64,000 bases of DNA from an uncultured delta proteobacterium (GCA_963798485.1 CAWCTR010000008.1:128001-192000), one strand, 5' to 3'; numbered from the stretch's first letter, positions 1-10,007 are shown. The notes: a model not told the origin generated them from the letters alone. Numbers and translations are program-made.

Positions 1-686
1 CGCTGAAGATTGCCGAGAGTGAAGTAGACGCCGGTCAGGCCACCGTGAAGGCCCTGCAGGCTGCGGTCAATCAGGCGGAATCGGAAACCCGTGCAGCTGA
101 TGCGCTTCTCGGCTATACCCGCATCTATGCCCCCATGGACGGCCTGATCACGGTGCGCAAGGCGGAAACAGGGAGCACGGTTGCTCCGGGGACTGCCATC
201 TTTCAAATGGTTGACCTGAACCAAATCTGGACAGCCTCATGGATCGATGAAACCAAGATAAGCGGGCTCCGTTTGGGACAGAAGGCTACAATCCGATTGC
301 GCTCAGGATGTATGTACCAAGGGGAGGTGGCACGCATAAACAGAGAAGCCGATACCGTAACACGTGAACTGGAGGTCGATGTGAAATTTTACAAGCTTCC
401 CGAGCCCCTGGTCATCGGTGAAGAGACTGAGGTCGATATCGAAACCGGCTCTCAATCTGCTCTTGCCGTCCCATTATCCGCCATCATGGAACAAAGTGGC
501 GTAAAAGGTGTGTTCGTAGTTTCCATCGGGCGTACCGGTTTTCAGAAAGCCAGCCTGGGGATACATGACGACCGAGTGACTACCGTTCTCTCCGGCCTTA
601 AGAAAGGTGACCTGGTGGTTCTTAATCCTCTAGGGATCAAGCCGGGTATGCGAGTTCGGCCTGAGATTAACAGCTACGGAAGGTGA
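1..686 (+). CDS. Efflux membrane-fusion protein (MFP/HlyD family), 5'-truncated by window edge
   Basis: Motifs YTRIYAPMDG, WIDETKISGLRLGQ and LAVPLSAI; the frame is open from the window start. Confidence 0.85.
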   Translation, partial: LKIAESEVDAGQATVKALQAAVNQAESETRAADALLGYTRIYAPMDGLITVRKAETGSTVAPGTAIFQMVDLNQIWTASWIDETKISGLRLGQKATIRLRSGCMYQGEVARINREADTVTRELEVDVKFYKLPEPLVIGEETEVDIETGSQSALAVPLSAIMEQSGVKGVFVVSIGRTGFQKASLGIHDDRVTTVLSGLKKGDLVVLNPLGIKPGMRVRPEINSYGR

Positions 687-689
687 TGA

Positions 690-1889
690 ATGGACCTGGC
701 ATTCTATGATCTCAAGCTTCATAAAGGCCGTTTCATCGCCACCATTATCGGCGTAGGACTCCTGTTTACCATCGTTCTGGCCATGAACGGTCTCTATCGC
801 GGCAATATCTATGAAGGCCTGGCAATCATCAACAGCACCAATCCCGACCTCTGGGTGGTGGAACGTTACAAAGGAGGGCCTTTCAACGAACAGTCCACCA
901 TGCCCGAATTTTTCCATTACAGCATACGGGCTATACCCGGAGTGGAGAAGGCAGGTCCCTTCATCTACTACAGTGTGGAAAGACCGGTGAAAGGAACCAG
1001 TATGCATTTCGGTATCATCGGCTATGACGTCTTCGGCGGCCTGGGTGGACCGAAGAATATCTATGCAGGAAGGAATATCGAGCATGCCCATTATGAAATG
1101 GTTGCCCATCCCAACCTGGGGGTACACCTTGGGGACAAGATTACTTTGGGGCTTCACACCTATACCGTGGTGGGCCTGACTAAGGAGGCCGTTTCCACGG
1201 ATGGTGAGCCGTTAATCTATTTATCTCTGCCGGATGCCCAGGAAGTGCTCTTTCAGAAAGACAACGAAGAGGTGCGCAACCAACGTGAGCGGTTGCTTAA
1301 TACTCTTTCCGGACAGGACTCCTTAACTCCTGCAGAGGCGGAAAAGCTCCTTCCCAAGCTGGAGCCGGATACCCATACCATCAATGCCGTCCTCGTGAAA
1401 CTGAAACCCGGGGTGAGTCGCGCCGAAACAGCAGACAGGATCGAGAGGTGGCTTTATTTCTCCGTCTTCACCACGCAGGAGGAGATCCAGCTTATGCTGA
1501 AAGGACGACTGGCGGGAATGACCAAGCAGCTCCTGCTCTTCAGGACCCTCCTGCTGATCATTTCCGTGGTTATCATCACCCTGGTGATCTACACGTTTAC
1601 CATGGAAAAGATCCGCAGTATCGCAGTCCTGAAGCTTATTGGTGCTCCGAACCGGGATATTGTCCGGCTTGTGTTGGAGCAATCTCTCCTGCTGACGATC
1701 AGCTCTTATATATTCGGCCTGGTCCTGATACAGGGCACGTACAACCTCTTTCCAAAAACTATACTGCGAGTGCCGGGAGATGATCTCCTTACCTTTGCCG
1801 TAGCGGTTTTTGGAGGAATTCTTGCCAGTATCCTGGGCTTATGGCAGGCCTTGAAAACCCAGCCAGCGATGGCCCTTGGAGGGAATTGA
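690..1889 (+). CDS. ABC transporter permease (FtsX/MacB-like)
   Basis: N-terminal TM, periplasmic domain, and C-terminal EKIRSIAVLKLIGA motif with TMs. Confidence 0.85.
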   Translation: MDLAFYDLKLHKGRFIATIIGVGLLFTIVLAMNGLYRGNIYEGLAIINSTNPDLWVVERYKGGPFNEQSTMPEFFHYSIRAIPGVEKAGPFIYYSVERPVKGTSMHFGIIGYDVFGGLGGPKNIYAGRNIEHAHYEMVAHPNLGVHLGDKITLGLHTYTVVGLTKEAVSTDGEPLIYLSLPDAQEVLFQKDNEEVRNQRERLLNTLSGQDSLTPAEAEKLLPKLEPDTHTINAVLVKLKPGVSRAETADRIERWLYFSVFTTQEEIQLMLKGRLAGMTKQLLLFRTLLLIISVVIITLVIYTFTMEKIRSIAVLKLIGAPNRDIVRLVLEQSLLLTISSYIFGLVLIQGTYNLFPKTILRVPGDDLLTFAVAVFGGILASILGLWQALKTQPAMALGGN

Positions 1890-2572
1890 TGGAAGTCCTC
1901 AAGATTGAAAAACTGACCAAGATATTCGGCAGCGGGCATATGGAAGTACGGGCACTGGAAGATATCGATCTCTCAGTGTCTGCTGGGGATCTGACAGCCC
2001 TTCTGGGACCAAGCGGCTCGGGCAAAACTACACTGCTCCTATGCGTCAGCCTGATCCTCGACCCTACCATCGGGAATATTATCTTCGACGGCGAGCCAAT
2101 TTATCAGGACGGTTGGGCTGTTGGCGATATCCGGCTTCTGCGCCGGGAGAAAATCGGTTTTATCTTCCAGTCCCACAATCTGATCCCCTTCCTTACTGTC
2201 CGACAGAACGTGCTTCTTCCCTTAAGCCTGGTAGGTATTAAGGGAAGGGCAGCGCAGCATCGGGTGATGGAACTCCTGGAATATATGGAGATCGTTGATA
2301 GGGCCGACTATCTGCCTGCTCTGCTCTCCGGAGGTGAGCAGCAACGTGTGGCCATCGCCCGTGCCCTGGCCAATAATCCGAAACTCATCCTGGCGGATGA
2401 GCCCACTGCTGCATTGGACAGCGTGAGGGGGAAAAAAGTCATGGACCTGCTCAAAAAAATTGCTAGAGAGAATAACTCGGCAGTTATTGCGGTAACCCAC
2501 GATGTTCGGATGATCGAAGGGTTTGACCATGTCTATCATCTCAAGGACGGCCGTTTGAACAATAATAATTGA
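1889..2572 (+). CDS. ABC transporter ATP-binding protein (LolD/MacB-like)
   Basis: Walker A GPSGSGKT, signature LSGGEQQR, Walker B ILADEPT; ATG overlaps the upstream TGA. Confidence 0.92.
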   Translation: MEVLKIEKLTKIFGSGHMEVRALEDIDLSVSAGDLTALLGPSGSGKTTLLLCVSLILDPTIGNIIFDGEPIYQDGWAVGDIRLLRREKIGFIFQSHNLIPFLTVRQNVLLPLSLVGIKGRAAQHRVMELLEYMEIVDRADYLPALLSGGEQQRVAIARALANNPKLILADEPTAALDSVRGKKVMDLLKKIARENNSAVIAVTHDVRMIEGFDHVYHLKDGRLNNNN

Positions 2573-2574
2573 AG

Positions 2575-2599
2575 GGAACAAAATCCGATCTCAATCGTT
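2575..2599 (+). promoter_or_regulatory. Putative ECF sigma promoter GGAAC-N16-CGTT
   Basis: ggaac aaaatccgatctcaat cgtt directly upstream of an anti-sigma gene. Confidence 0.4.
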
Positions 2600-2620
2600 T
2601 AATCAATATGGAGAGAAGAA

Positions 2621-3094
2621 ATGGGATGCAGACGGATAAAAAAAATGATGTCCCTGTACATCGATAACGAACTGTCACCTGTCGATAAGGAGACCTTTCT
2701 GCTTCATATAAAGAGCTGTCCTCATTGCAGTAAGGAGCTTGCGGAATCACAAGCCGTCCATCAGCTGTTCACCAAAGCTGAAAAATCTCCTGCGCCCTAT
2801 GGGTTCACGGCGCGCGTAATGGCGAACTTGGAGCAGAAAACACTACCAGAAAAAAGGATTTGGGATATCTTCGTTTTCAGGCCTTTCCTTCCCCGGTTTG
2901 CCGGAGTGGTCCTGGCCCTCGCAGTCATGGTGTTCGGGATTATTACAGGGAACCTGCTCGTAACAGGTATGGCTGTTCCTAAGAATGCCGCGACTATCGA
3001 ACAGGTATTCTCTCTCGATGTGTTTCAGGCAAACCCTCCTGGGACCCTTGAGGGTGCTTATGCCACCATAATGGAGGTGGACAATGAAGGGTAA
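2621..3094 (+). CDS. Anti-sigma factor (zf-HC2 zinc finger plus TM)
   Basis: HxxxCxxC (HIKSCPHC), LYIDNEL motif, one TM helix. Confidence 0.85.
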   Translation: MGCRRIKKMMSLYIDNELSPVDKETFLLHIKSCPHCSKELAESQAVHQLFTKAEKSPAPYGFTARVMANLEQKTLPEKRIWDIFVFRPFLPRFAGVVLALAVMVFGIITGNLLVTGMAVPKNAATIEQVFSLDVFQANPPGTLEGAYATIMEVDNEG

Positions 3095-3569
3095 TACGCT
3101 GAAGTTCATACTTGTTATCTCTCTTATTCTGAACCTTTCAGTCTTCATTTCAGCAGGGATTGTCTATTACAGACATCACACAGGCAATTATGCACCACCC
3201 TTTGTATGTGATTTCCAGAAAGGAAACAGGTTTATCTTTGATAAACTAGACCTCAAACCTGAACAGATGAGCATATTCAGGGATAAGGCATTACCCTTTC
3301 GCACTAAAATTATTGAGAAGAGACATGAGATACTTCAGAAGAGATCGGCTCTCCTTGAACTCATGCGAGCAGAAATGCCCGATAAACCTGCAATCGATGC
3401 AGCCATAATTGATATCAACAGGATGCAGGGGGATATGCAGAGGATGGTCATCAGCCACATGCTCGAAATGAAGGCTATGCTCAACAAGGATCAGCAGAAA
3501 AGGTTTTTTCATCTAATAGAAAAAACCATGGGTTCAAACATAGATATGCCAATGCCGATGATCCGATAA
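3084..3569 (+). CDS. Periplasmic heavy-metal sensor / Spy-CpxP family protein
   Basis: SLILNL N-terminal TM, LDLKPEQ and LNKDQQ (LTxxQ-like) motifs. Confidence 0.75.
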   Translation: MKGNTLKFILVISLILNLSVFISAGIVYYRHHTGNYAPPFVCDFQKGNRFIFDKLDLKPEQMSIFRDKALPFRTKIIEKRHEILQKRSALLELMRAEMPDKPAIDAAIIDINRMQGDMQRMVISHMLEMKAMLNKDQQKRFFHLIEKTMGSNIDMPMPMIR

Positions 3570-3584
3570 TCCTGGAGATAAATA

Positions 3585-3866
3585 ATGAACTTGCACTATT
3601 TTGTAAATGAGCTCTACTACCATAAGAGAAGAACACTGACTGCAATCATCGGCCTCTCGATAGGTATTGAGCTCTTAATTGTCATAAATGCCCTTTCCTT
3701 GGCCTACCACGATGCGGCACGTGCACCATTGAAAGAGATCGGGGCTGATATAACGGTCCAACGTTCAGGGAATGTTCCCAAAGAACTTATAGGTCCTGTT
3801 TTTCCGTGTTCAGCCATCACTATAAACAATGATGAGGTTAAGAAGATTGCAGAACTTATATCATAG
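3585..3866 (+). pseudogene. Truncated ABC permease (N-terminal fragment)
   Basis: RRTLTAIIGLSIG permease start; ends after 93 aa at an AT-rich junction. Confidence 0.65.
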
Positions 3867-3946
3867 CTCCCATAAGTTATTTCTAAGATCAAATTTATAC
3901 TTTTCCAGTTTTTTATCTACGTAGAAAATGTCAACCAATGTACCTA

Positions 3947-3990
3947 TTGACAACATAAAGTAGCCGATATATATAGTTAACAGTATGAAC
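3947..3990 (+). promoter_or_regulatory. sigma70 promoter (TTGACA...TATATA/TATAGT) with putative MarR operator GTTAACAGTATGAAC (3976-3990)
   Basis: ttgaca at 3947-3952, 17 bp spacer to tatata; a 15-bp imperfect palindrome overlaps the marR ATG. Confidence 0.6.
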
Positions 3991-4467
3991 AAGATGGCAG
4001 CACACAAGAGCGATATCTTTCTCGGCAATCAGACTCTGAGACTCCGGAATCTCATTACAGAGATGAACAACTGCTGCGAAGACCGGCATCTTATCGAGAA
4101 GAAGAAGTTCTCGCTCCCCATTGCGGAGATGAAGTGTATAGTCCTCTTCAAGGAGGAGAAGTACCTGACCGTCAAAGGCATCGCCGCAAAGCTGGATGTA
4201 GCCAAAAGCCGGGTGACGAAGCTCGTCGACAATCTCTCCAGGAAGGGTCTGGTGAACAAGATCGAAGACCCCGAAGACGCCAGGATAAAGCTTATCAGTC
4301 TCTCTCCGAAGGGGAAGGTGCTTGTGGAAGAGATCCAAGAGTTCCAGGAGCAGCTGTACGAGGAGATCCTCACCCTGTTCGACGAGAAGGAGAGGGCGAG
4401 CATCCTTTCGAATCTCGAAACATTGAGATCGGCCATGGAAGTCGTCAAGAATAAACATGAGTTGTAA
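3985..4467 (+). CDS. MarR-family transcriptional regulator
   Basis: wHTH TVKGIAAKLDVAKSRVTKLVDNL...DPEDAR...LSPKG; Cys pair NNCCED. Confidence 0.9.
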   Translation: MNKMAAHKSDIFLGNQTLRLRNLITEMNNCCEDRHLIEKKKFSLPIAEMKCIVLFKEEKYLTVKGIAAKLDVAKSRVTKLVDNLSRKGLVNKIEDPEDARIKLISLSPKGKVLVEEIQEFQEQLYEEILTLFDEKERASILSNLETLRSAMEVVKNKHEL

Positions 4468-4495
4468 AAAAGCACCTCACGGGAGGTGTTTTTTT
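4466..4495 (+). terminator. Intrinsic terminator-like hairpin after marR
   Basis: aaaaaa gcacctc acgg gaggtgt followed by a T-tract. Confidence 0.6.
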
Positions 4496-4506
4496 AACAA
4501 ATAATA

Positions 4507-4521
4507 GTTCACACTGTTAAC
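4507..4521. promoter_or_regulatory. Second putative MarR operator GTTCACACTGTTAAC
   Basis: Reverse complement of the 3976-3990 site with 1 mismatch; lies just upstream of the psrA RBS. Confidence 0.6.
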
Positions 4522-4542
4522 GATATAGCAAAGGAGGGGTTC

Positions 4543-6753
4543 ATGGCAAAGTTCACGAGAAGAGAGTTCATAAAGATCTCCAGTGGGGCATTGCTCGGTG
4601 TTGCCGGTACAAGCATCCTCCCCGGTTTGAACCTACTCCATGCGGATTCCATACCTGATCCGGGGACCACGGCTGACAGGATTGTACCAAGTTATTGCGG
4701 TCTCTGCTTCTGGAATTGTGGGATACTGGTCCATGTCAAGGACGAGAAGATCATCAAGATAACCGGTAATCCGAGGCACCCTTTATCGAATGGAAAGCTC
4801 TGCCCCAGGGGGGCCGGGGGCACCGGACTTGTCTATGACCCTGATCGGCTAAGGAAGCCCCTGATACGGAAAGAGGAACGATCAAGGCAGGTCTTTAAGG
4901 AAGTAGGGTGGAACGAGGCCCTGGACTATACGGCGGAAAAGATGCTGGCCATAAAGAGCAAATATGGACCCGAGGCCTTCGCCCTCCTTACCCACGGCTC
5001 GGGTGGAGTATGGCTGAGACAGCTTCTCACCTCGTACGGCACGGCTAATATCGGAGTGCCCAGTTATGCGCTGTGCAGGGGTCCGGTTGAGACCGGTTTT
5101 TTCCTTACCTTCGGTGCCAGTCCGCCTGAAGTGGAAAACACCGACATGAGAAACGCCAGGTGCATCACTCTCATCGGAACACATCTCGGTGAAAACATGC
5201 ACAACACCCAGGTTCAGGATTTCTCCCAGGCCATCGGAAACGGCGCACAGCTAATTGTCGTCGACCCCCGTTATTCGGTTGCTGCGTCAAAGGCACGATA
5301 CTGGCTCCCCATAAAGCCGGGAACCGATACGGCCCTGCTCCTTGCCTGGATGAACGTCATCATTGAAGAGAAGCTGTACGATGCAGAGTATATCGGGAAA
5401 TACGCGACAGGCTTTGAAGAGCTGAAAAAACATGTGGCGGATAAAAACCCGGAATGGGCCTATACCAGGACAGGCATAACCCCGGCAATCATCCGAGAGA
5501 CCGCCCGGCTCATGGCTGCATACAAACCCGCATCCTTCATCCACTGCGGCAGGCGCACGACCTGGTATGGAGACGATACGCAGCGCCTGCGGGCTATTGC
5601 GATGCTCAATGCACTGCTGGGTGCCTGGGGACGTAAGGGCGGTTATTATCTGCCGGCTGAGATGGAACTTCCCCCGTACCCGTATCTCAAGAAAAGCGAC
5701 TACAAACCTAAAGCCCCTGTCGATCAGCCTAAAAATACTGCGTATCCTTTCGCTGAATCGATCCTGGCAACAGGCCTCAGAGACGCAAGCATCCCGGGGA
5801 CCGCAACCTACGATATCCATGGGTGGATGGTATACGGCTCCAACCCGATCAATTCATTCACACAGCCGAAGAAGACCTATGATGCGATACAGCATCTGGA
5901 TTTCATCGTCACCATAGACAACCTGCCAGTCGAGATAGCAGGCTGGTCCGATGTGATCCTTCCAGAATGCACCTACCTCGAACGTTATGATGACTTGAAC
6001 AGCGCACCCTTCAGGGTACCTTTCGCGGCAATGAGGCAGAAGGCTATCGAGCCCATGTATGATTCGAAGCCGGCCTGGTGGATAGCCAAGCAACTGGCGG
6101 CCAGGCTCGGGCTGGAAGACTATTTCCCATGGAAGGATGCTGAAGAATACCTGAGAGTACGGGTGAAGAACGCAGGTCTTGACTGGGAAACTCTGAAGAA
6201 GAACGGGGTGATCGTTGGGAAGGAGCAGCCCATCTATATCGAAGACGGCATAGTGCCGACCTTCGATACCCCATCCAAAAAGATAGAGCTGTACTCCGCA
6301 CAACTGAAGGCAGCAGGGTTCGATCCCATGCCCGAATACAAACCGGTGCAAGACCCTCCCGAGGGAATGTTCAGGCTCCTCACCGGAAGATCCCCCGTCC
6401 ATTCGTTCGGGAGAACAACAAACAACCGCCTGCTGGGGGACTGTTACCCGGAAAATGAGGTGTGGGTTAACGATAATGTCTGTGATGAGTTGGGTATCAA
6501 GGAGAAGCAGAAGGTCGTACTGGTGAATGCCGAAGGGGTCAAGAGCATCCCGGTGAAGGTCAAAAAGACCCAAAGGATCAGGCCCGACTGCGTGTTCCTT
6601 GTTCACGGCTTCGGACACAGGCAGAAGAAAATGGAATTCGCCTACAACAAGGGTGCCGACGACACGGAGCAGATGAACAATGACAAGACCGATCCCCTCA
6701 TCGGGTCGAAGGCCCTGAACGTAAACTTTGTCAAGATCGAACAAGAGGTGTGA
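4543..6753 (+). CDS. psrA: Polysulfide/thiosulfate reductase catalytic Mo/W-bis-PGD subunit (PsrA/PhsA-like)
   Basis: Tat motif TRREFIK, CGLCFWNC...C [4Fe-4S] motif, YALCRGP Cys ligand region, molydopterin dinucleotide-binding C-terminus. Confidence 0.85.
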   Translation: MAKFTRREFIKISSGALLGVAGTSILPGLNLLHADSIPDPGTTADRIVPSYCGLCFWNCGILVHVKDEKIIKITGNPRHPLSNGKLCPRGAGGTGLVYDPDRLRKPLIRKEERSRQVFKEVGWNEALDYTAEKMLAIKSKYGPEAFALLTHGSGGVWLRQLLTSYGTANIGVPSYALCRGPVETGFFLTFGASPPEVENTDMRNARCITLIGTHLGENMHNTQVQDFSQAIGNGAQLIVVDPRYSVAASKARYWLPIKPGTDTALLLAWMNVIIEEKLYDAEYIGKYATGFEELKKHVADKNPEWAYTRTGITPAIIRETARLMAAYKPASFIHCGRRTTWYGDDTQRLRAIAMLNALLGAWGRKGGYYLPAEMELPPYPYLKKSDYKPKAPVDQPKNTAYPFAESILATGLRDASIPGTATYDIHGWMVYGSNPINSFTQPKKTYDAIQHLDFIVTIDNLPVEIAGWSDVILPECTYLERYDDLNSAPFRVPFAAMRQKAIEPMYDSKPAWWIAKQLAARLGLEDYFPWKDAEEYLRVRVKNAGLDWETLKKNGVIVGKEQPIYIEDGIVPTFDTPSKKIELYSAQLKAAGFDPMPEYKPVQDPPEGMFRLLTGRSPVHSFGRTTNNRLLGDCYPENEVWVNDNVCDELGIKEKQKVVLVNAEGVKSIPVKVKKTQRIRPDCVFLVHGFGHRQKKMEFAYNKGADDTEQMNNDKTDPLIGSKALNVNFVKIEQEV

Positions 6754-6754
6754 T

Positions 6755-7297
6755 ATGAGCCGGAAACGATATGTCATGGCCATGGATACGATAAAATGCG
6801 TCGGCTGCAATGCCTGTGTCATAGCATGCAAGAACGAGAACAAGGTCCCGCTCAATCATTTCAGGGACTGGGTGGAGCAAGAGCTCAGCGGAGACTATCC
6901 CCATCTCTTCATGGAGATCCGCTCCCAGCGCTGCAACCATTGTTCGGATGCACCGTGCGTGAAGGTGTGCCCTACGGGAGCGAGCTGGATAACCAAGGAA
7001 GGCATTGTGCTGGTGGACAAAAATAAGTGCATCGGCTGCAAGGCCTGTATCGCCGCCTGTCCCTATGGAGCAAGGTATGTACACCCCAAGGGGTATGTGG
7101 ACAAGTGCACGTTCTGCGTCCATCGCATCAAGAAATCTCTCGAACCTGCATGTGTCGAAATATGTCCTACCTCCAGCCTTACCTTCGGAGACTTGAACGA
7201 TCCTGCCAGCGAGGTATCCAAGCTCCTGGCGTCACGGAAGAACAAGGTGGAAAAACCCGAGGCCGGGTGCAAACCCAATCTCTATTTCCTGGTATAA
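6755..7297 (+). CDS. psrB: 4x[4Fe-4S] electron-transfer subunit (PsrB/NrfC-like)
   Basis: CVGCNACVIAC, CNHCSDAPCVKVCPTGA, CIGCKACIAACPYGA, KCTFC. Confidence 0.88.
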   Translation: MSRKRYVMAMDTIKCVGCNACVIACKNENKVPLNHFRDWVEQELSGDYPHLFMEIRSQRCNHCSDAPCVKVCPTGASWITKEGIVLVDKNKCIGCKACIAACPYGARYVHPKGYVDKCTFCVHRIKKSLEPACVEICPTSSLTFGDLNDPASEVSKLLASRKNKVEKPEAGCKPNLYFLV

Positions 7298-7309
7298 GGA
7301 GGGCACGGC

Positions 7310-8266
7310 ATGAATACTATCGAGCTTATGACGACAAGGGCCAATCCGGGCATCGATCCGGTGCTGCTTATCTGGGGATGGCAGATACCCGTTTACCTCT
7401 TCCTCGGGGGGCTGGTGGCCGGATTGATGATCATAGCATCCCTGCAGGAATGGAGATTTAGGGATAAGTGGGAGCCCAGGCTCTCGAAGATCATCCCGAT
7501 TCTTGCCATGGCTCTGCTAACCCTGGGCATGCTTGCCCTGTATCTCGATCTGGAGATCAGGGGACTCAAGCTGAACGTTATCAGGCTCTACATGACTTTC
7601 AAACCGGCTTCTCCTATTTCCTGGGGGGCGTGGATACTGATGATTACCTATCCCTGCCTGGCATTATGGCTCATCGGCAGCCTCTCTTCCCAGGGGCTAG
7701 AACGTTTTACGGCCAAAGCCCGTTTCCTGAGATTCCTTACACCGCTTCATAGATGGGCATCAAGGGTGAAAGAGAAGGTGCTTGCGGTGAACATCATTGT
7801 AGGTATAGCACTGGGTATCTATACCGGCATCTTCCTGAGCGGCATGGTATCACGCCCCGTATGGCATTCAGGTCTCCTGGGGCCGCTGTTTCTGATCTCC
7901 GGCATGTCCACGGGTGCGGCGCTCCTGGCCTTGTTCAAGGTTAATCACGATCTGCAGCAGGCGTTCATCAAGTGGGACATATTCGCCCTTATCACCGAGT
8001 CGGGTATCCTCGCACTGTTCTTCCTGGATAACATCACCGGAACGGCACTCCAGAAGAGTGTTGCAGGTCTCTTTCTCGGCGGTCCCTATTCCGGCGCCTT
8101 CTTCGGGCTGGTAGTGCTGGGAGGAATCCTTGCTCCGCTCCTCATCGAGTGGGCGGACCTGAAGGGAAAGGCCAAGGCCCCTTTTCTCGTTCCGGTGTTG
8201 GTGCTCACAGGAGGTCTGGCGTTGAGGTTTGTCATGGTCTCCGCCGGCCAGGCACTCGGGTTTTAA
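7310..8266 (+). CDS. psrC: NrfD/PsrC-family membrane anchor
   Basis: WGWQIPVYLFLGGL, SPISWGAWIL, multiple TM helices. Confidence 0.88.
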   Translation: MNTIELMTTRANPGIDPVLLIWGWQIPVYLFLGGLVAGLMIIASLQEWRFRDKWEPRLSKIIPILAMALLTLGMLALYLDLEIRGLKLNVIRLYMTFKPASPISWGAWILMITYPCLALWLIGSLSSQGLERFTAKARFLRFLTPLHRWASRVKEKVLAVNIIVGIALGIYTGIFLSGMVSRPVWHSGLLGPLFLISGMSTGAALLALFKVNHDLQQAFIKWDIFALITESGILALFFLDNITGTALQKSVAGLFLGGPYSGAFFGLVVLGGILAPLLIEWADLKGKAKAPFLVPVLVLTGGLALRFVMVSAGQALGF

Positions 8267-8294
8267 TCTCTATCAGGATCTTACGGAGGGAACT

Positions 8295-8804
8295 ATGAAG
8301 AAACTATGGAACCCCTATATGGCAGGTGTTGCTCTCGGATTGGTGCTTCTCTTTTCGTATATGCTCGTGGGGCATGGACTCGGTGCTTCCGGGGCCGCAA
8401 ACATTCTCGGAGCTGAGGCTATGAAAGCAGCAGCCCCCGGCTATGCTACAGCCAAGGGAAGCTCTTTTGCCCATTACTTCGTTGACAGCCAGAATGCCAT
8501 GAACAGCTGGCTGATCTTCATGGCCGTGGGGATTTTCCTGGGAGGGTTTGTCTCGTCGGTGCTGAATGGGAGGAACAGCCTGGAGGTGACCAGGGGAGTC
8601 CATACAACAAATAAAAAACGGATTATCCTGGCTCTCATCGGAGGGATCGTCATGGGTGTCGGCGCACGTATCGGTAGGGGCTGCACATCAAGCCAGGCAC
8701 TAAGCGGCGGCGCCCTGCTTTCCGTAGGGAGCTGGATCTTCATGATGGCAGTTTTTGCAGGGGCTTACTCAATGGCTTACTTCGTAAGGAGGGAATGGCT
8801 ATGA
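8295..8804 (+). CDS. YeeE/YedE sulfur-compound transporter family protein
   Basis: WNPYMAGVALG and GARIGRGCTSSQALSG with the conserved Cys. Confidence 0.85.
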   Translation: MKKLWNPYMAGVALGLVLLFSYMLVGHGLGASGAANILGAEAMKAAAPGYATAKGSSFAHYFVDSQNAMNSWLIFMAVGIFLGGFVSSVLNGRNSLEVTRGVHTTNKKRIILALIGGIVMGVGARIGRGCTSSQALSGGALLSVGSWIFMMAVFAGAYSMAYFVRREWL

Positions 8805-9988
8805 TGACTCTGTTTCCCATAATCAACGGAACCTTCCCACCGGCAATGGAATTCATCCCTGTGCTCATCATCGGGGTCCTCTTCGGTATGGCCCTTGAGG
8901 TGGCGGGCTTCGGCAGTGCAAAAGTCCTTGCAAGCCAGTTCTTTTTCCACGATATGCGGGTCTTCAAAGTGATGTTCACCTCCATCATCACCGCTGCTGC
9001 AGGAGTCGCCGTACTTACGACAACAGGTCTTCTCGATATGGACCTCCTCTATATACCGGAAACCTTCCTCGTACCGCTTGGGGTCGGAGGGTTTATCCTT
9101 GGAATGGGCTTCATGGTTTCGGCGTATTGCCCTGGGACCAGCATCGTTGGCGCAGCATCCGGCAAACTGGACGGGCTCGTGACCTTTGCGGGGGTGATCG
9201 TAGGGTCAGTGCTTTTCGGCATGGTGAACCCCTATATCAACGGTTTTTATATGAGCACGGCAAAGGGTGTGCTCACGTTCCCCAAGCTCCTTGGTGTTTC
9301 GTTTCCGGTCCTTGCCACAATACTGATCGCCATGGCCATCATGTTGTTCCTGGCCGCGGATAAGGTCGAAGCCATATTTGCCAGGAAGTTGGACATGCCC
9401 GAGGGGCAGAAGATGACCGGCAGGGCAAAGAAGGCCCTCGGCGTGGTGTTTGCACTGAGCCTTATGGCCATCATCTTCCAGTACACGCTGCCTGTTGGTA
9501 AAGGAATGGATAATGGGGGTAGGGTATCTTCCATCACCCCGGTTGAACTCGGGCAGATGCTTGTGGGAGACCCCCGGTCTCTGTACGTAGTCGATCTGCG
9601 TGAAGGCAATGCATGCAAAGGTGCTGAGAACATACCATCGGCAAGCTGTTTCAGTGAAATAAAGGATAACCTCGAATTTATGTACAAGGGCAAGACCATG
9701 GTCGTCTATTCCCAGGATGGTGAAAAACGACTGCCAGAGGATCTATTAAAATACCAGGGCAGAATCGCGACCTTGGAAGGCGGGTATGATGCATGGAGAA
9801 CTATGGTGATCGGGAAGCCGGAACAGGCGTATCAGGCCTTTCTGAATACTTCAAACAATGAAAAAAAGAACATGATTTCCGCTCTCCATTCCTATTTTAC
9901 CGGGGCGAAGATGGAAGCCCAGGCCGAATCCGCGAAGCCCGGTGTGATCATCGTAAAGCCCAAAAAGAAGAGCGGGGGTTGCTCATAA
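8801..9988 (+). CDS. YeeE/YedE protein fused to a rhodanese-like domain with a C-terminal KKKSGGCS tail
   Basis: AYCPGTS YeeE motif; VVDLRE...NIPSA...VVYSQDG...LEGGYDAW rhodanese signature. Confidence 0.8.
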   Translation: MMTLFPIINGTFPPAMEFIPVLIIGVLFGMALEVAGFGSAKVLASQFFFHDMRVFKVMFTSIITAAAGVAVLTTTGLLDMDLLYIPETFLVPLGVGGFILGMGFMVSAYCPGTSIVGAASGKLDGLVTFAGVIVGSVLFGMVNPYINGFYMSTAKGVLTFPKLLGVSFPVLATILIAMAIMLFLAADKVEAIFARKLDMPEGQKMTGRAKKALGVVFALSLMAIIFQYTLPVGKGMDNGGRVSSITPVELGQMLVGDPRSLYVVDLREGNACKGAENIPSASCFSEIKDNLEFMYKGKTMVVYSQDGEKRLPEDLLKYQGRIATLEGGYDAWRTMVIGKPEQAYQAFLNTSNNEKKNMISALHSYFTGAKMEAQAESAKPGVIIVKPKKKSGGCS

Positions 9989-10007
9989 GGAATTTAAAGA
10001 AGATATC

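Noticed and set aside
5854-6855. Long antisense ORFs (e.g. 333 aa here, also 30182-31036 and 61848-62693)
   Set aside because: Shadow frames of well-supported genes, with no recognisable motifs
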